Shown here: positions 38,201 through 51,370 of the stretch, one piece after another
Layout: every line of letters starts with the position of its first letter
How positions within the stretch are numbered: the first letter of the stretch is position 1
Assembly (NCBI GenBank): GCA_964016885.1
Contig: OZ024740.1
Coordinates: forward strand, 137,206,001 to 137,270,000
Source of the DNA: Eledone cirrhosa
Lineage: Eukaryota
Direction: 5' to 3'
DNA: 64,000 bases
Notes under the pieces: generated by a model
Seen by the model: only the letters and a program-made list of their open reading frames with translations
Database searches by the model: none
Told to the model about the DNA's origin: nothing
Position numbers and translations under genes: made by a program

Positions 38201-41200
38201 TCATTCTCTTCACACTTTTCCCCCAATCTCCAATTCTCTCTTTCTCTTCTCACTTTTCTCTCAATCTCCAATCCTCTCTTTCTGTTCTCAGTTTTCCCCC
38301 AATCTCCAATTCTCTATTTCTCTTAGCACTTTTCTCTCTATCCCCCATTCTCTCTCTCTCTTATCACTTTTCTCTCAATATCCAATTCTCTCTTTCTCTT
38401 CTCACTTTTCTCTCAATCTCCAATTCTCTCTTTCTCTTATCACTTTTCTCTCAATCTCCAATTCTCTCTTTCTCTTATCACTTTTCTCTCAATCTCCAAT
38501 TCTCTCTTTCTCTTATCAGTTTTCTCTCAATTTGCAATTCTCTCTTTTTCTTATCACCTTTCTCTCAATCTCCAATTCTCTCTTTCTCTTCTCACTTTTC
38601 CCCTAATCTCCAATTCTCTCTTTCTCCTATCACTTTTCTCTCAATCTCCAATTCTCTCTTTCTCTTATCACTTTTCTCTCAATCTCAATTCTCTCTTTCT
38701 CTTATCACTTTTCTCTCAATCTCCAATTCTCTCTTTCTCTTATCCATTTTCTCTCAATCTGCAATTCTCACTTTCTATTCTCACTTTTCCCCCAATCTCC
38801 AATTCTCTCTTTCTCTTCACACTTTTCCCCCAATCTCCAATTCTCTCTTTCTCTTCACACTTTTCCCCCAATCTCCAATTCTCTCATTCTCTTCTCACTT
38901 TTCTCTCAATCTCCAATCCTCTCTTTCTGTTCTCAGTTTTCCCCCAATCTCCAATTCTCTATTTCTCTTAGCACTTTTCTCTCAATCCCCCATTCGCTCC
39001 CTCTCTTATCACTTTTCTCTCAATCTCCAATTCTCTCTTTCTCTTATCACTTTTCTCTCAATCTCCAATTCTCTCTTTCTCTTATCAGTTTTCTCTCAAT
39101 CTGCAATTCTCTCTTTCTCTTATCACTTTTCTCTCAATCTCCAATTCTCTCTTTCTCTTCTCACTTTTCCCCTAATCTCCAATTCTCTCTTTCTCTTATC
39201 ACTTTTCTCTCAATCTCCAATTCTCTCTTTCTCTTATCACTTATCTCTCAATCTCCAATTCTCTCTTTCTCTCATCCATTTTCTCTCAATCTGCAATACT
39301 CTCTTTCTTTTCTCAATTTTCCCCCAATCTCCAATTCTCTCTTTCTCTTCACACTTTTCCCCCAATCTCCAATTCTCTCATTCTCTTCACACTTTTCCCC
39401 CAATCTCCAATCCTCTCTTTCTGTTCTCAGTTTTCCCCCAATCTCCAATTCTCTATTTCTCTTAGCACTTTTCTCTCTATCCCCCATTCTCTCTCTCTCT
39501 TATCACTTTTCTCTCAATCTCCAATTCTCTCTTTCTCTTCTCACTTTTCTCTCAATCTCCAATTCTCTCTTTCTCTTATCACTTTTCTCTCAATCTCCAA
39601 TTCTCTCTTTCTCTTATCACTTTTCTCTCAATCTCCAATTCTCTCTTTCTCTTATCAGTTTTCTCTCAATCTGCAATTCTCTCTTTCTCTTATCACTTTT
39701 CTCTCAATCTCCAATTCTCTCTTTCTCTTCTCACTTTTCCCCTAATCTCCAATTCTCTCTTTCTCTTATCACTTTTCTCTCAATCTCCAATTCTCTCTTT
39801 CTCTTATCACTTTTGTCTCAATCTCAATTCTCTCTTTCTCTTATCACTTTTCTCTCAATCTCCAATTCTCTCTTTCTCTTATCCATTTTCTCTCAATCTG
39901 CAATTCTCTCTTTCTTTTCTCACTTTTCCCCCAATCTCCAATTCTCTCTTTCTCTTCACACTTTTCCCCCAATCTCCAATTCTCTCTTTCTCTTCTCACT
40001 TTTCTCTCAATCTCCAATTCTCTCTTTCTCTTATCACTTTTCTCTCAATCTCCAATTCTTTCTTTCTCTTATCACTTTTCTCTCAATCTCCAACTCTCTC
40101 TTTCTCTTATCCCTTTTCTCTCAATCTCCAATTCTCTCTTTCTCTTCTCACTTTTCTCTCAATCTCCAATACTCTCTTTCTGTTCTCAGTTTTCCCCCAA
40201 TCTCCAATTCTCTATTTCTCTTAGCACTTTTCTCTCAATCCCCCATTCTCTCTCTCTCTTATCACTTTTCTCTCAATCTCCAATTCTCTCTTTCTCTTAT
40301 CACTTTTCTCTCAAACTCCAATTCTCTCTTTCTCTCATCACATTTCTCTCAATCTCCAATTCTCTCTTTCTCTTATCAGTTTTCTCTCAATCTCCAATTC
40401 TCTCTTTCTCTTCTCACTTTTCCCCCAATCTCCAATTCTCTCTTTCTCTTATCACTTTTCTCTCAATCTCCAATTCTCTCTTTCTCTTATCACTTTTCTC
40501 TCAATCTCCAATTCTCTCTTTCTCTTATCACTTTTCTCTCAATCTCCAACTCTCTCTTTCTCTTATCCCTTTTCTCTCAATCTCCAATTATCTCTTTCTC
40601 TTATCACTTTTCTCTCAATCTCCAATTCTCTCTTTCTCTTCTCATTTTCCCCCAATCTCCAATTCTCTTTTTCTCTTTACACTTTTCCCCAACCTCCAAT
40701 TCTCTCTTTCTCTTATCACTTTTCTCTCAATCTCCAATTCTCTCTTTCTCTTCTCACTTTTCTCTCAATCTCCAATCCTCTCTTTCTGTTCTCAGTTTTC
40801 CCCAAATCTCCAATTCTCTCTTTCTCTTATCACTTTTCTCTCAATCTCCCATTCTCTCTCTCTCTTATCACTTTTCTCTCAATCTCCAATTCTCTCTTTC
40901 TCTTATCCATTTTCTCTCAATCTGCAATTCTCTCTTTCTTTTCTCACTTTTCCCCCAATCTCCAATTCTCTCTTTCTCTTCACACTTTTCCCCCAATCTC
41001 CAATTCTCTCATTCTCTTCTCACTTTTCTCTCAATCTCCAATCCTCTCTTTCTGTTCTCAGTTTTCCCCCAATCTCCAATTCTCTATTTCTCTTAGCACT
41101 TTTCTCTCAATCCCCCATTCTCTCCCTCTCTTATCACTTTTCTCTCAATCTCCAATTCTCTCTTTCTCTTATCACTTTTCTCTCAATCTCCAATTCTCTC

Positions 41201-44200
41201 TTTCTCTTATCAGTTTTCTCTCAATCTGCAATTCTCTCTTTCTCTTATCACTTTTCTCTCAATCTCCAATTCTCTCTTTCTCTTCTCACTTTTCCCCTAA
41301 TCTCCAATTCTCTCTTTCTCTTATCACTTTTCTCTCAATCTCCAATTCTCTCTTTCTCTTCTCACTTTTCCCCTAATCTCCAATTCTCTCTTTCTCTTAT
41401 CACTTTTCTCTCAATCTCCAATTCTCTCTTTCTCTTATCACTTTTCTCTCAATCTCCAATTCTCTCTTTCTCTTATCCATTTTCTCTCAATCTGCAATTC
41501 TCTCTTTCTTTTCTCACTTTTCCCCCAATCTCCAATTCTCTCTTTCTCTTCACACTTTTCCCCCAATCTCCAATTCTCTCTTTCTCTTCACACTTTTCCC
41601 CCAATCTCCAATTCTCTCATTCTCTTCTCACTTTTCTCTCAATCTCCAATCCTCTCTTTCTGTTCTCAGTTTTCCCCCAATCTCCAATTCTCTATTTCTC
41701 TTAGCACTTTTCTCTCAATCCCCCATTCTCTCCCTCTCTTATCACTTTTCTCTCAATCTCCAATTCTCTCTTTCTCTTATCACTTTTCTCTCAATCTCCA
41801 ATTCTCTCTTTCTCCTATCACTTTTCTCTCAATCTTCAATTCTCTCTTTCTCTTATCAGTTTTCTCTCAATCTGCAATTCACTCTTTCTCTTATCACTTT
41901 TCTCTCAATCTCCAATTCTCTCTTTCTCTTCTCACTTTTCCCCCAATCTCCAATTCTCTCTTTCTCTTATCACTTTTCTCTCAATCTCCAATTCTCTCTT
42001 TCTCTTATCACTTTTCTCTCAATCTCCAATTCTCTCTTTCTCTCATCCATTTTCTCTCAATCTGCAATACTCTCTTTCTTTTCTCAATTTTCCCCCAATC
42101 TCCAATTCTCTCTTTCTCTTCACACTTTTCCCCCAATCTCCAATTCTCTCATTCTCTTCACACTTTTCCCCCAATCTCCAATTCTCTCTTTCTCTTCTCA
42201 CTTTTCTCTCAATCTCCAATCCTCTCTTTCTGTTCTCAGTTTTCCCCCAATCTCCAATTCTCTATTTCTCTTAGCACTTTTCTCTCTATCCCCCATTCTC
42301 TCTCTCTCTTATCACTTTTCTCTCAATCTCCAATTCTCTCTTTCTCTTCTCACTTTTCTCTCAATCTCCAATTCTCTCTTTCTCTTATCACTTTTCTCTC
42401 AATCTCCAATTCTCTCTTTCTCTTATCACTTTTCTCTCAATCTCCAATTCTCTCTTTCTCTTATCAGTTTTCTCTCAATCTGCAATTCTCTCTTTCTCTT
42501 ATCACTTTTCTCTCAATCTCCAATTCTCTCTTTCTCTTCTCACTTTTCCCCTAATCTCCAATTCTCTCTTTCTCTTATCACTTTTCTCTCAATCTCCAAT
42601 TCTCTCTTTCTCTTATCACTTTTGTCTCAATCTCAATTCTCTCTTTCTCTTATCACTTTTCTCTCAATCTCCAATTCTCTCTTTCTCTTATCCATTTTCT
42701 CTCAATCTGCAATTCTCTCTTTCTTTTCTCACTTTTCCCCCAATCTCCAATTCTCTCTTTCTCTTCACACTTTTCCCCCAATCTCCAATTCTCTCTTTCT
42801 CTTCTCACTTTTCTCTCAATCTCCAATACTCTCTTTCTGTTCTCAGTTTTCCCCCAATCTCCAATTCTCTATTTCTCTTAGCACTTTTCTCTCAATCCCC
42901 CATTCTCTCTCTCTCTTATCACTTTTCTCTCAATCTCCAATTCTCTCTTTCTCTTATCACTTTTTTCTCAAACTCCAATTCTCTCTTTCTCTCATCACAT
43001 TTCTCTCAATCTCCAATTCTCTCTTTCTCTTATCAGTTTTCTCTCAATCTCCAATTCTCTCTTTCTCTTCTCACTTTTCCCCCAATCTCCAATTCTCTCT
43101 TTCTCTTATCACTTTTCTCTCAATCTCCAATTCTCTCTTTCTCTTATCACTTTTCTCTCAATCTCCAATTCTCTCTTTCTCTTATCACTTTTCTCTCAAT
43201 CTCCCATTCTCTCTCTCTCTTATCACTTTTCTCTCAATCTCCAATTCTCCCTTTCTCTTATCCATTTTCTCTCAATCTGCAATTCTCTCTTTCTTTTCTC
43301 ACTTTTCCCCCAATCTCCAATTCTCTCTTTCTCTTCACACTTTTCCCCCAATCTCCAATTCTCTCATTCTCTTCTCACTTTTCTCTCAATCTCCAATCCT
43401 CTCTTTCTGTTCTCAGTTTTCCCCCAATCTCCAATTCTCTATTTCTCTTAGCACTTTTCTCTCAATCCCCCATTCTCTCCCTCTCTTATCACTTTTCTCT
43501 CAATCTCCAATTCTCTCTTTCTCTTATCACTTTTCTCTCAATCTCCAATTCTCTCTTTCTCTTATCAGTTTTCTCTCAATCTGCAATTCTCTCTTTCTCT
43601 TATCACTTTTCTCTCAATCTCCAATTCTCTCTTTCTCTTCTCACTTTTCCCCTAATCTCCAATTCTCTCTTTCTCTTATCACTTTTCTCTCGATCTCCAA
43701 TTCTCTCTTTCTCTTATCACTTTTCTCTCAATCTCCAATTCTCTCTTTCTCTCATCCATTTTCTCTCAATCTGCAATTCTCTCTTTCTTTTCTCACTTTT
43801 CCCCCAATCTCCAATTCTTTCTTTCTCTTCACACTTTTCCCCCAATCTCCAATTCTCTCATTCTCTTCACACTTTTCCCCCAATCTTCAATTCTCTCTTT
43901 CTCTTCTCACTTTTCTCTCAATCTCCAATCCTCTCTTTCTGTTCTCAGTTTTCCCCCAATCTCCAATTCTCTATTTCTCTTAGCACTTTTCTCTCAATCC
44001 CCCATTCTCTCTCTCTCTTATCACTTTTCTCTCAATCTCCAATTCTCTCTTTCTCTTCTCACTTTTCTCTCAATCTCCAATTCTCTCTTTCTCTTATCAC
44101 TTTTCTCTCAATCTCCAATTCTCTCTTTCTCTTATCACTTTTCTCTCAATCTCCAATTCTCTCTTTCTCTTATCAGTTTTCTCTCAATCTGCAATTCTCT

Positions 44201-44239
44201 CTTTCTCTTCTCACTTTTCTCTCAATCTCCAATTCTCTC

Positions 44240-45930
44240 TTTCTCTTCTCACTTTTCCCCTAATCTCCAATTCTCTCTTTCTCTTATCACTTTTCTCTCA
44301 ATCTCCATTTCTCTCTTTCTCTAATCACTTTTCTCTCAATCTCCAATTCTCTCTTTCTCTTATCCATTTTCTCTCAATCTGCAATTCTCTCTTTCTTTTC
44401 TCACTTTTCCCCCAATCTCCAATTCTCTCTTTCTCTTCACACTTTTCCCCCAATCTCCAATTCTCTCTTTCTCTTCACACTTTTCCCCCAATCTCCAATT
44501 CTCTATTTCTCTTCTCACTTTGCTCTCAATCTCCAGTTCTCTCTTTCTCTTATCACTTTTCTCTCAATCTCCAATCCTCTCTTTCTCTTATCACTTTTCT
44601 CTCAATCTCCAATTCTCTCTTTCTCTTATCACTTTTCTCTCAATCTCCAATTCTCTCTTTCTCTTATCACTTTCCTCTCAATCTCCAATTCTCTCTTTCT
44701 CTTCTCACTTTTCCCCCAATCTCCAATTCTCTCTTTCTCTGATCACTTTTCTCTCAATCTCCAATTCTCTCTTTCTCTTATCACTTTTCTCTCAATCTCC
44801 AATTCTCCCTTTCTCTTATCACTTTTCTCTCAATCTCCAACTCTCTCTTTCTCTTATCCCTTTTCTCTCAATCTCCAATTATCTCTTTCTCTTATCACTT
44901 TTCTCTCAATCTCCAATTCTCTCTTTCTCTTCTCATTTTCCCCCAATCTCCAATTCTCTTTTTCTCTTTACACTTTTCCCCAACCTCCAATTCTCTCTTT
45001 CTCTTATCACTTTTCTCTCAATCTCCAATTCTCTCTTCCCTTCTCACTTTTCTCTCAATCTCAAATTCTCTCTTTCTCTTCTCACTTTTCCCCTAATCTC
45101 CAATTCTCTCTTTCTCTTATCACTTTTCTCTCAATCTCCATTTCTCTCTTTCTCTAATCACTTTTCTCTCAATCTCCAATTCTCTCTTTCTCTTATCCAT
45201 TTTCTCTCAATCTGCAATTCTCTCTTTCTTTTCTCACTTTTCCCCCAATCTCCAATTCTCTCTTTCTCTTCACACTTTTCCCCCAATCTCCAATTCTCTC
45301 TTTCTCTTCACACTTTTCCCCCAATCTCCAATTCTCTATTTCTCTTCTCACTTTTCTCTCAATCTCCAGTACTCTCTTTCTCTTATCACTTTTCTCTCAA
45401 TCTCCAATCCTCTCTTTCTCTTATCACTTTTCTCTCAATCTCCAATTCTCTCTTTCTCTTATCACTTTTCTCTCAATCTCCAATTCTCTCTTTCTCTTAT
45501 CACTTTCCTCTCAATCTCCAATTCTCTCTTTCTCTTCTCACTTTTCCCCCAATCTCCAATTCTCTCTTTCTCTTATCACTTTTCTCTCAATCTCCAATTC
45601 TCTCTTTCTCTTATCACTTTTCTCTCAATCTCCAATTCTCCCTTTCTCTTATCACTTTTCTCTCAATCTCCAACTCTCTCTTTCTCTTATCCCTTTTCTC
45701 TCAATCTCCAATTATCTCTTTCTCTTATCACTTTTCTCTCAATCTCCAATTCTCTCTTTCTCTTCTCATTTCCCCCCAATCTCCAATTCTCTTTTTCTCT
45801 TTACACTTTTCCCCAACCTCCAATTCTCTCTTTCTCTTATCACTTTTCTCTCAATCTCCAATTCTCTCTTCCCTTCTCACTTTTCTCTCAATCTCAAATT
45901 CTCTCTTTCTCTTCTCACTTTTCTCTCAAT
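44240..45930. repeat. 833-bp (22-monomer) tandem duplication
   Basis: CTAATCA 44321/45154 and TCTCAAATT 45059/45892, both offset 833. Confidence 0.85.
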
Positions 45931-48900
45931 CTCCAATCCTCTCTTTCTGTTCTCAGTTTTCCCCAAATCTCCAATTCTCTCTTTCTCTTATCACTTTTCT
46001 CTCAATCTCCAATTCTCTCTCTCTCTTATCACTTTTCTCTCAATCTCCAATTCTCTCTTTCTCTTATACATTTTCTCTCAATCTGCAATTCTCTCTTTCT
46101 TTTCTCACTTTTCCCCCAATCTCCAATTCTCTCTTTCTCTTCACACTTTTCCCCCAATCTCCAATTCTCTCATTCTCTTCACACTTTTCCCCCAATCTCC
46201 AATTCTCTCTTTCTCTTCTCACTTTTCTCTCAATCTCCAATTCTCTCTTTCTCTTATCACTTTTCTCTCAATCTCCAATTCTCTCTTTCTCTTATCACTT
46301 TTCTTTCAATCTCCAACTCTCTCTTTCTCTTATCCCTTTTCTCTCAATCTCCAATTCTCTCTTTCTCTTCTCACTTTTCTCTCAATCTCCAATCCTCTCT
46401 TTCTCTTCTCAGTTTTCCCCCAATCTCCAATTCTCTATTTCTCTTAGCACTTTTCTCTCAATCCCCCATTCTCTCTCTCTCTTATCACTTTTCTCTCAAT
46501 CTCCAATTCTCTCTTTCTCTTATCACTTTTCTCTCAAACTCCAATTCTTTCTTTCTCTCATCACATTTCTCTCAATCTCCAATTCTCTCTTTCTCTTATC
46601 AGTTTTCTCTCAATCTGCAATTCTCTCTTTCTCTTATCACTTTTCTCTCAATCTCCAATTCTCTCTTTCTCTTCTCACTTTTCCCCTAATCTCCAATTCT
46701 CTCTTTCTCTCATCACTTTTCTCTCAATATCCAATTCTCTCTTTCTCTTATCACTTTTCTCTCAATCTCCAATTCTCTCTTTCTGTTATCACTTTTCTCT
46801 GAATCTCCAATTCTCTCTTTCTCTTATCCATTTTCTCTCAATCTGCAATTCTCTCTTCCTTTTCTCACTTTTCCCCCAATCTCCAATTCTCTCTTTCTTT
46901 TCTCACTTTTCCCCCAATCTCCAATTCTCTCTTTCTCTTCACACTTTTCCCCCAATCTCCAATTCTCTCTTTCTCTTCTCACTTTTCTCTCAATCTCCAG
47001 TTCTCTCTTTCTCTTATCACTTTTCTCTCAATCTCCAATCCTCTCTTTCTCTTATCACTTTTCTCTCAATCACTTTTCTCTCCATCTCCAATTCTCTCTT
47101 TCTCTTATCACTTTTCTCTCAATCTCCAATTCTCTCTTTCTCTTATCACTTTTCTCTCAATCTCCAATTCTCTCTTTCTCTCAATCACTTTTCTCTCCAT
47201 CTCCAATTCTCTCTTTCTCTTATCACTTTTCTCTCAATCTCCAATTCTCTCTTTCTCTTATCACTTTTCTCTCAATCTCCAATTCTCTCTTTCTCTTATC
47301 ACTTTCCTCTCAATCTCCAATTCTCTCTTTCTCTTCTCACTTTTCCCCCAATCTCCAATTCTCTCTTTCTCTTATCACTTTTCTCTCAATCTCCAATTCT
47401 CTCTTTCTCTTATCACTTTTCTCTCAATCTCCAATTCTCCCTTTCTCTTATCACTTTTCTCTCAATCTCCAACTCTCTCTTTCTCTTATCCCTTTTCTCT
47501 CAATCTCCAATTATCTCTTTCTCTTATCACTTTTCTCTCAATCTCCAATTCTCTCTTTCTCTTCTCATTTTCCCCCAATCTCCAATTCTCTTTTTCTCTT
47601 TACACTTTTCCCCAACCTCCAATTCTCTCTTTCTCTTATCACTTTTCTCTCAATCTCCAATTCTCTCTTCCCTCCTCACTTTTCTCTCAATCTCCAATTC
47701 TCTCTTTCTCTTCTCACTTTTCTCTCAATCTCCAATCCTCTCTTTCTGTTCTCAGTTTTCCCCCAATCTCCAATTCTCTCTTTCTCTTATCACTTTTCTC
47801 TCAATCTCCCATTCTCACTCTCTCTTATCAGTTTTCTCTCAATCTCCAATTCTCTCTTTCTCTGATCCATTTTCTTTCAATCTGCAATTCTCTCTTTCTT
47901 TTCTCACTTTTCCCCCAATCTCCAATTCTCTCTTTCTCTTCACACTTTTCCCCCAATCTCCAATTCTCTCATTCTCTTCACACTTTTCCCCCAATCTCCA
48001 ATTCTCTCTTTCTCTTCTCACTTTTCTCTCAATCTCCAATTCTCTCTTTCTCTTATCACTTTTCTCTCAATCTCCAATTCTCTCTTTCTCTTATCACTTT
48101 TCTCTCAATCTCCAACTCTCTCTTTCTCTTATCCCTTTTCTCTCAATCTCCAATTCTCTCTTTCTCTTCTCACTTTTCTCTCAATCTCCAATCCTCTCTT
48201 TCTGTTCTCAGTTTTCCCCCAATCTCCAATTCTCTATTTCTCTTAGCACTTTTCTCTCAATCCCCCATTCTCTCTCTCTCTTATCACTTTTCTCTCAATC
48301 TCCAATTCTCTCTTTCTCTTATCACTTTTCTCTCAAACTCCAATTCTCTCTTTCTCTCATCACATTTCTCTCAATCTCCAATTCTCTCTTTCTCTTATCA
48401 GTTTTCTCTCAATCTGCAATTCTCTCTTTCTCTTTTCACTTTTCTCTCAATCTCCAATTCTCTCTTTCTCTTCTCACTTTTCCCCTAATCTCCAATTCTC
48501 TCTTTCTCTCATCACTTTTCTCTCAATATCCAATTCTCTCTTTCTCTTATCACTTTTCTCTCAATCTCCAATTCTCTCTTTCTGTTATCACTTTTCTCTG
48601 AATCTCCAATTCTCTCTTTCTCTTATCCATTTTCTCTCAATCTGCAATTCTCTCTTTCTTTTCTCACTTTTCCCCCAATCTCCAATTCTCTCTTTCTCTT
48701 CACACTTTTCCCCCAATCTCCAATTCTCTCTTTCTCTTCTCACTTTTCCCCCAATCTCCAATTCTCTCTTTCTCTTCTCACTTTTCTCTCAATCTCCAGT
48801 TCTCTCTTTCTCTTATCACTTTTCTCTCAATCTCCAATCCTCTCTTTCTCTTATCACTTTTCTCTCAATCACTTTTCTCTCCATCTCCAATTCTCTCTTT

Positions 48901-49119
48901 CTCTTATCACTTTTCTCTCAATCTCCAATTCTCTCTTTCTCTTATCACTTTTCTCTCAATCTCCAATTCTCTCTTTCTCTTATCACTTTCCTCTCAATCT
49001 CCAATTCTCTCTTTCTCTTCTCACTTTTCCCCCAATCTCCAATTCTCTCTTTCGCTTATCACTTTTCTCTCAATCTCCAATTCTCTCTTTCTCTTATCAC
49101 TTTTCTCTCAATCTCCAAT

Positions 49120-51370
49120 TCTCTCTTTCTCTTATCACTTTTCTCTCAATCTCCAACTCTCTCTTTCTCTTATCACTTTTCTCTCAATCTCCAATTCTCT
49201 CTTTCTCTTATCACTTTTCTCTCAATCTCCAATTCTCTCTTTCTCTTATCACTTTTCTCTCAATCTCTAATTCTCTCTTTCTCTTATCACTTTTCTCTCA
49301 ATCTCCAATTCTCTCTTTCTCTTATCACTTTTCTCTCAATCAACAATTTTCTCTTTCTCTTATCACTTTTCCGCCAATCTCCAATTCTCTCTTTTTCTTA
49401 TCACTTTTCTCTCAATCTGCAATTCTCTCTTTCTCTTATTACTTTTCTCTCAATCTCCAATTCTCTCTTTCTCTTCTCACTTTTCCCCTAATCTCCAATT
49501 ATCTCTTTCTCTTATCACTTTTCTCTCAATCTCCAATCCTCTCTTTCTGTTCTCAGTTTTCCCCAAATCTCCAATTCTCTCTTTCTCTTATCACTTTTCT
49601 CTCAATCTCCCATTCTCTCTCTCTCTTATCACTTTTCTCTCAATCTCCAATTCTCTCTTTCTCTTACCCATTTTCTCTCAATCTGCAATTCTCTCTTTCT
49701 TTTCTCACTTTTCCCCCAATCTCCAATTCTCTCTTTCTCTTCACACTTTTCCCCCAATCTCCAATTCTCTCATTCTCTTCTCACTTTTCTCTCAATCTCC
49801 AATCCTCTCTTTCTGTTCTCAGTTTTCCCCCAATCTCCAATTCTCTATTTCTCTTAGCACTTTTCTCCCAATCCCCCATTCTCTCCCTCTCTTATCACTT
49901 TTCTCTCAATCTCCAATTCTCTCTTTCTCTTATCACTTTTCTCTCAATCTCCAATTCTCTCTTTCTCTTATCACTTTTCTCTCAATCTCCAATTCTCTCT
50001 TTCTCTTATCAGTTTTCTCTCAATCTGCAATTCTCTCTTTCTCTTATCACTTTTCTCTCAATCTCCAATTCTCTCTTTCTCTTCTCACTTTTCCCCTATT
50101 CTCCAAATCTCTCTTTCTCTTATCACTTTTCTCTCAATCTCCAATTCTCTCTTTCTCTTATCACTTTTCTCTCAATCTCCAATTCTCTCTTTCTCTCATC
50201 CATTTTCTCTCAATCTGCAATTCTCTCTTTCTTTTCTCACTTTTCCCCCAATCTCCAATTCTCTCTTTCTCTTCACACTTTTCCCCCAATCTCCAATTCT
50301 CTCATTCTCTTCACACTTTTCCCCCAATCTCCAATTCTCTCTTTCTCTTCTCACTTTTCTCTCAATCTCCAATCCTCTCTTTCTGTTCTCAGTTTTCCCC
50401 CAATCTCCAATTCTCTATTTCTCTTAGCACTTTTCTCTCAATCCCCCATTCTCTCTCTCTCTTATCACTTTTCTCTCAATCTCCAATTCTCTCTTTCTCT
50501 TATCACTTTTCTCTCAATCTCCAATTCTCTCTTTCTCTTATCACTTTTCTCTCAATCTCCAATTCTCTCTTTCTCTTATCAGTTTTCTCTCAATCTGCAA
50601 TTCTCTCTTTCTCTTATCACTTTTCTCTCAATCTCCAATTCTCTCTTTCTCTTCTCACTTTTCCCCTAATCTCCAATTCTCTCTTTCTCTTATCACTTTT
50701 CTCTCAATCTCCAACTCTCTCTTTCTCTTATCACTTTTCTCTCAATCTCCAATTCTCTCTTTCTCTTATCACTTTTCTCTTAATCTCCAATTCTCTCTTT
50801 CTCTTATCACTTTTCTCTCAATCTCTAATTCTCTCTTTCTCTTATCACTTTTCTCTCAATCTCCAATTCTCTCTTTCTCTTATCACTTTTCTCTCAATCA
50901 ACAATTTTCTCTTTCTCTTATCACTTTTCCGCCAATCTCCAATTCTCTCTTTTTCTTATCACTTTTCTCTCAATCTGCAATTCTCTCTTTCTCTTATTAC
51001 TTTTCTCTCAATCTCCAATTCTCTCTTTCTCTTCTCACTTTTCCCCTAATTCTAATTCTCTCTTTCTCTTATCACTTTTCTCTCAATCTCCAATCCTCTC
51101 TTTCTGTTCTCAGTTTTCCCCAAATCTCCAATTCCCTCCTTCTCTTATCACTTTTCTCTCAATCTCCCATTTTCTCTCTCTCTTATCACTTTTCTCTCAA
51201 TCTCCAATTCTCTCTTTCTCTTATCCATTTTCTCTCAATCTGCAATTCTCTCTTTCTTTTCTCACTTTTCCCCCAATCTCCAATTCTCTCTTTCTCTTCA
51301 CACTTTTCCCCCAATCTCCAATTCTCTCATTCTCTTCTCACTTTTCTCTCAATCTCCAATCCTCTCTTTC
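49120..51370. repeat. 1558-bp (41-monomer) period duplication, second copy partial
   Basis: Rare variants CAACAATTTT 49341/50899 and CCGCC 49371/50929 are offset by 1558 = 41x38. The TTATTAC variant also recurs. Confidence 0.82.

Noticed and set aside
39813-42700. Second 2809-bp offset (TTGTCTCAATCTCAATT at 39813 and 42622) matching the period of the 7.5-13.1 kb duplication
   Set aside because: The register is lost within ~200 bp downstream because of multi-monomer indels, and the variants differ from the earlier block. Offsets are quantised near multiples of 38, so the coincidence is plausible.
652-46802. Long + strand ORFs (up to 760 aa) rich in S/L/F/I that look like membrane proteins
   Set aside because: The G-free strand lacks TAG and TGA, and the consensus has no TAA, so frames stay open by composition alone. 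Starts are non-ATG (e.g. TTG), the 38-bp unit is not a multiple of 3, and all three frames give the same 38-aa cycle. Frequent 1-bp indels shift the frame freely.
6327-48039. Minus-strand E/R/K-rich ORFs (6327-6614, 39272-39487, 47839-48039) resembling trichohyalin or charged coiled-coil repeats, possibly under a stop-reassigned genetic code
   Set aside because: The consensus minus strand has TGA and TGA-TAA stops in every 114-bp cycle. These ORFs occur only where CCCCC/CACAC variants happen to remove them. The non-triplet period and unconstrained 1-bp indels argue against coding under any code.
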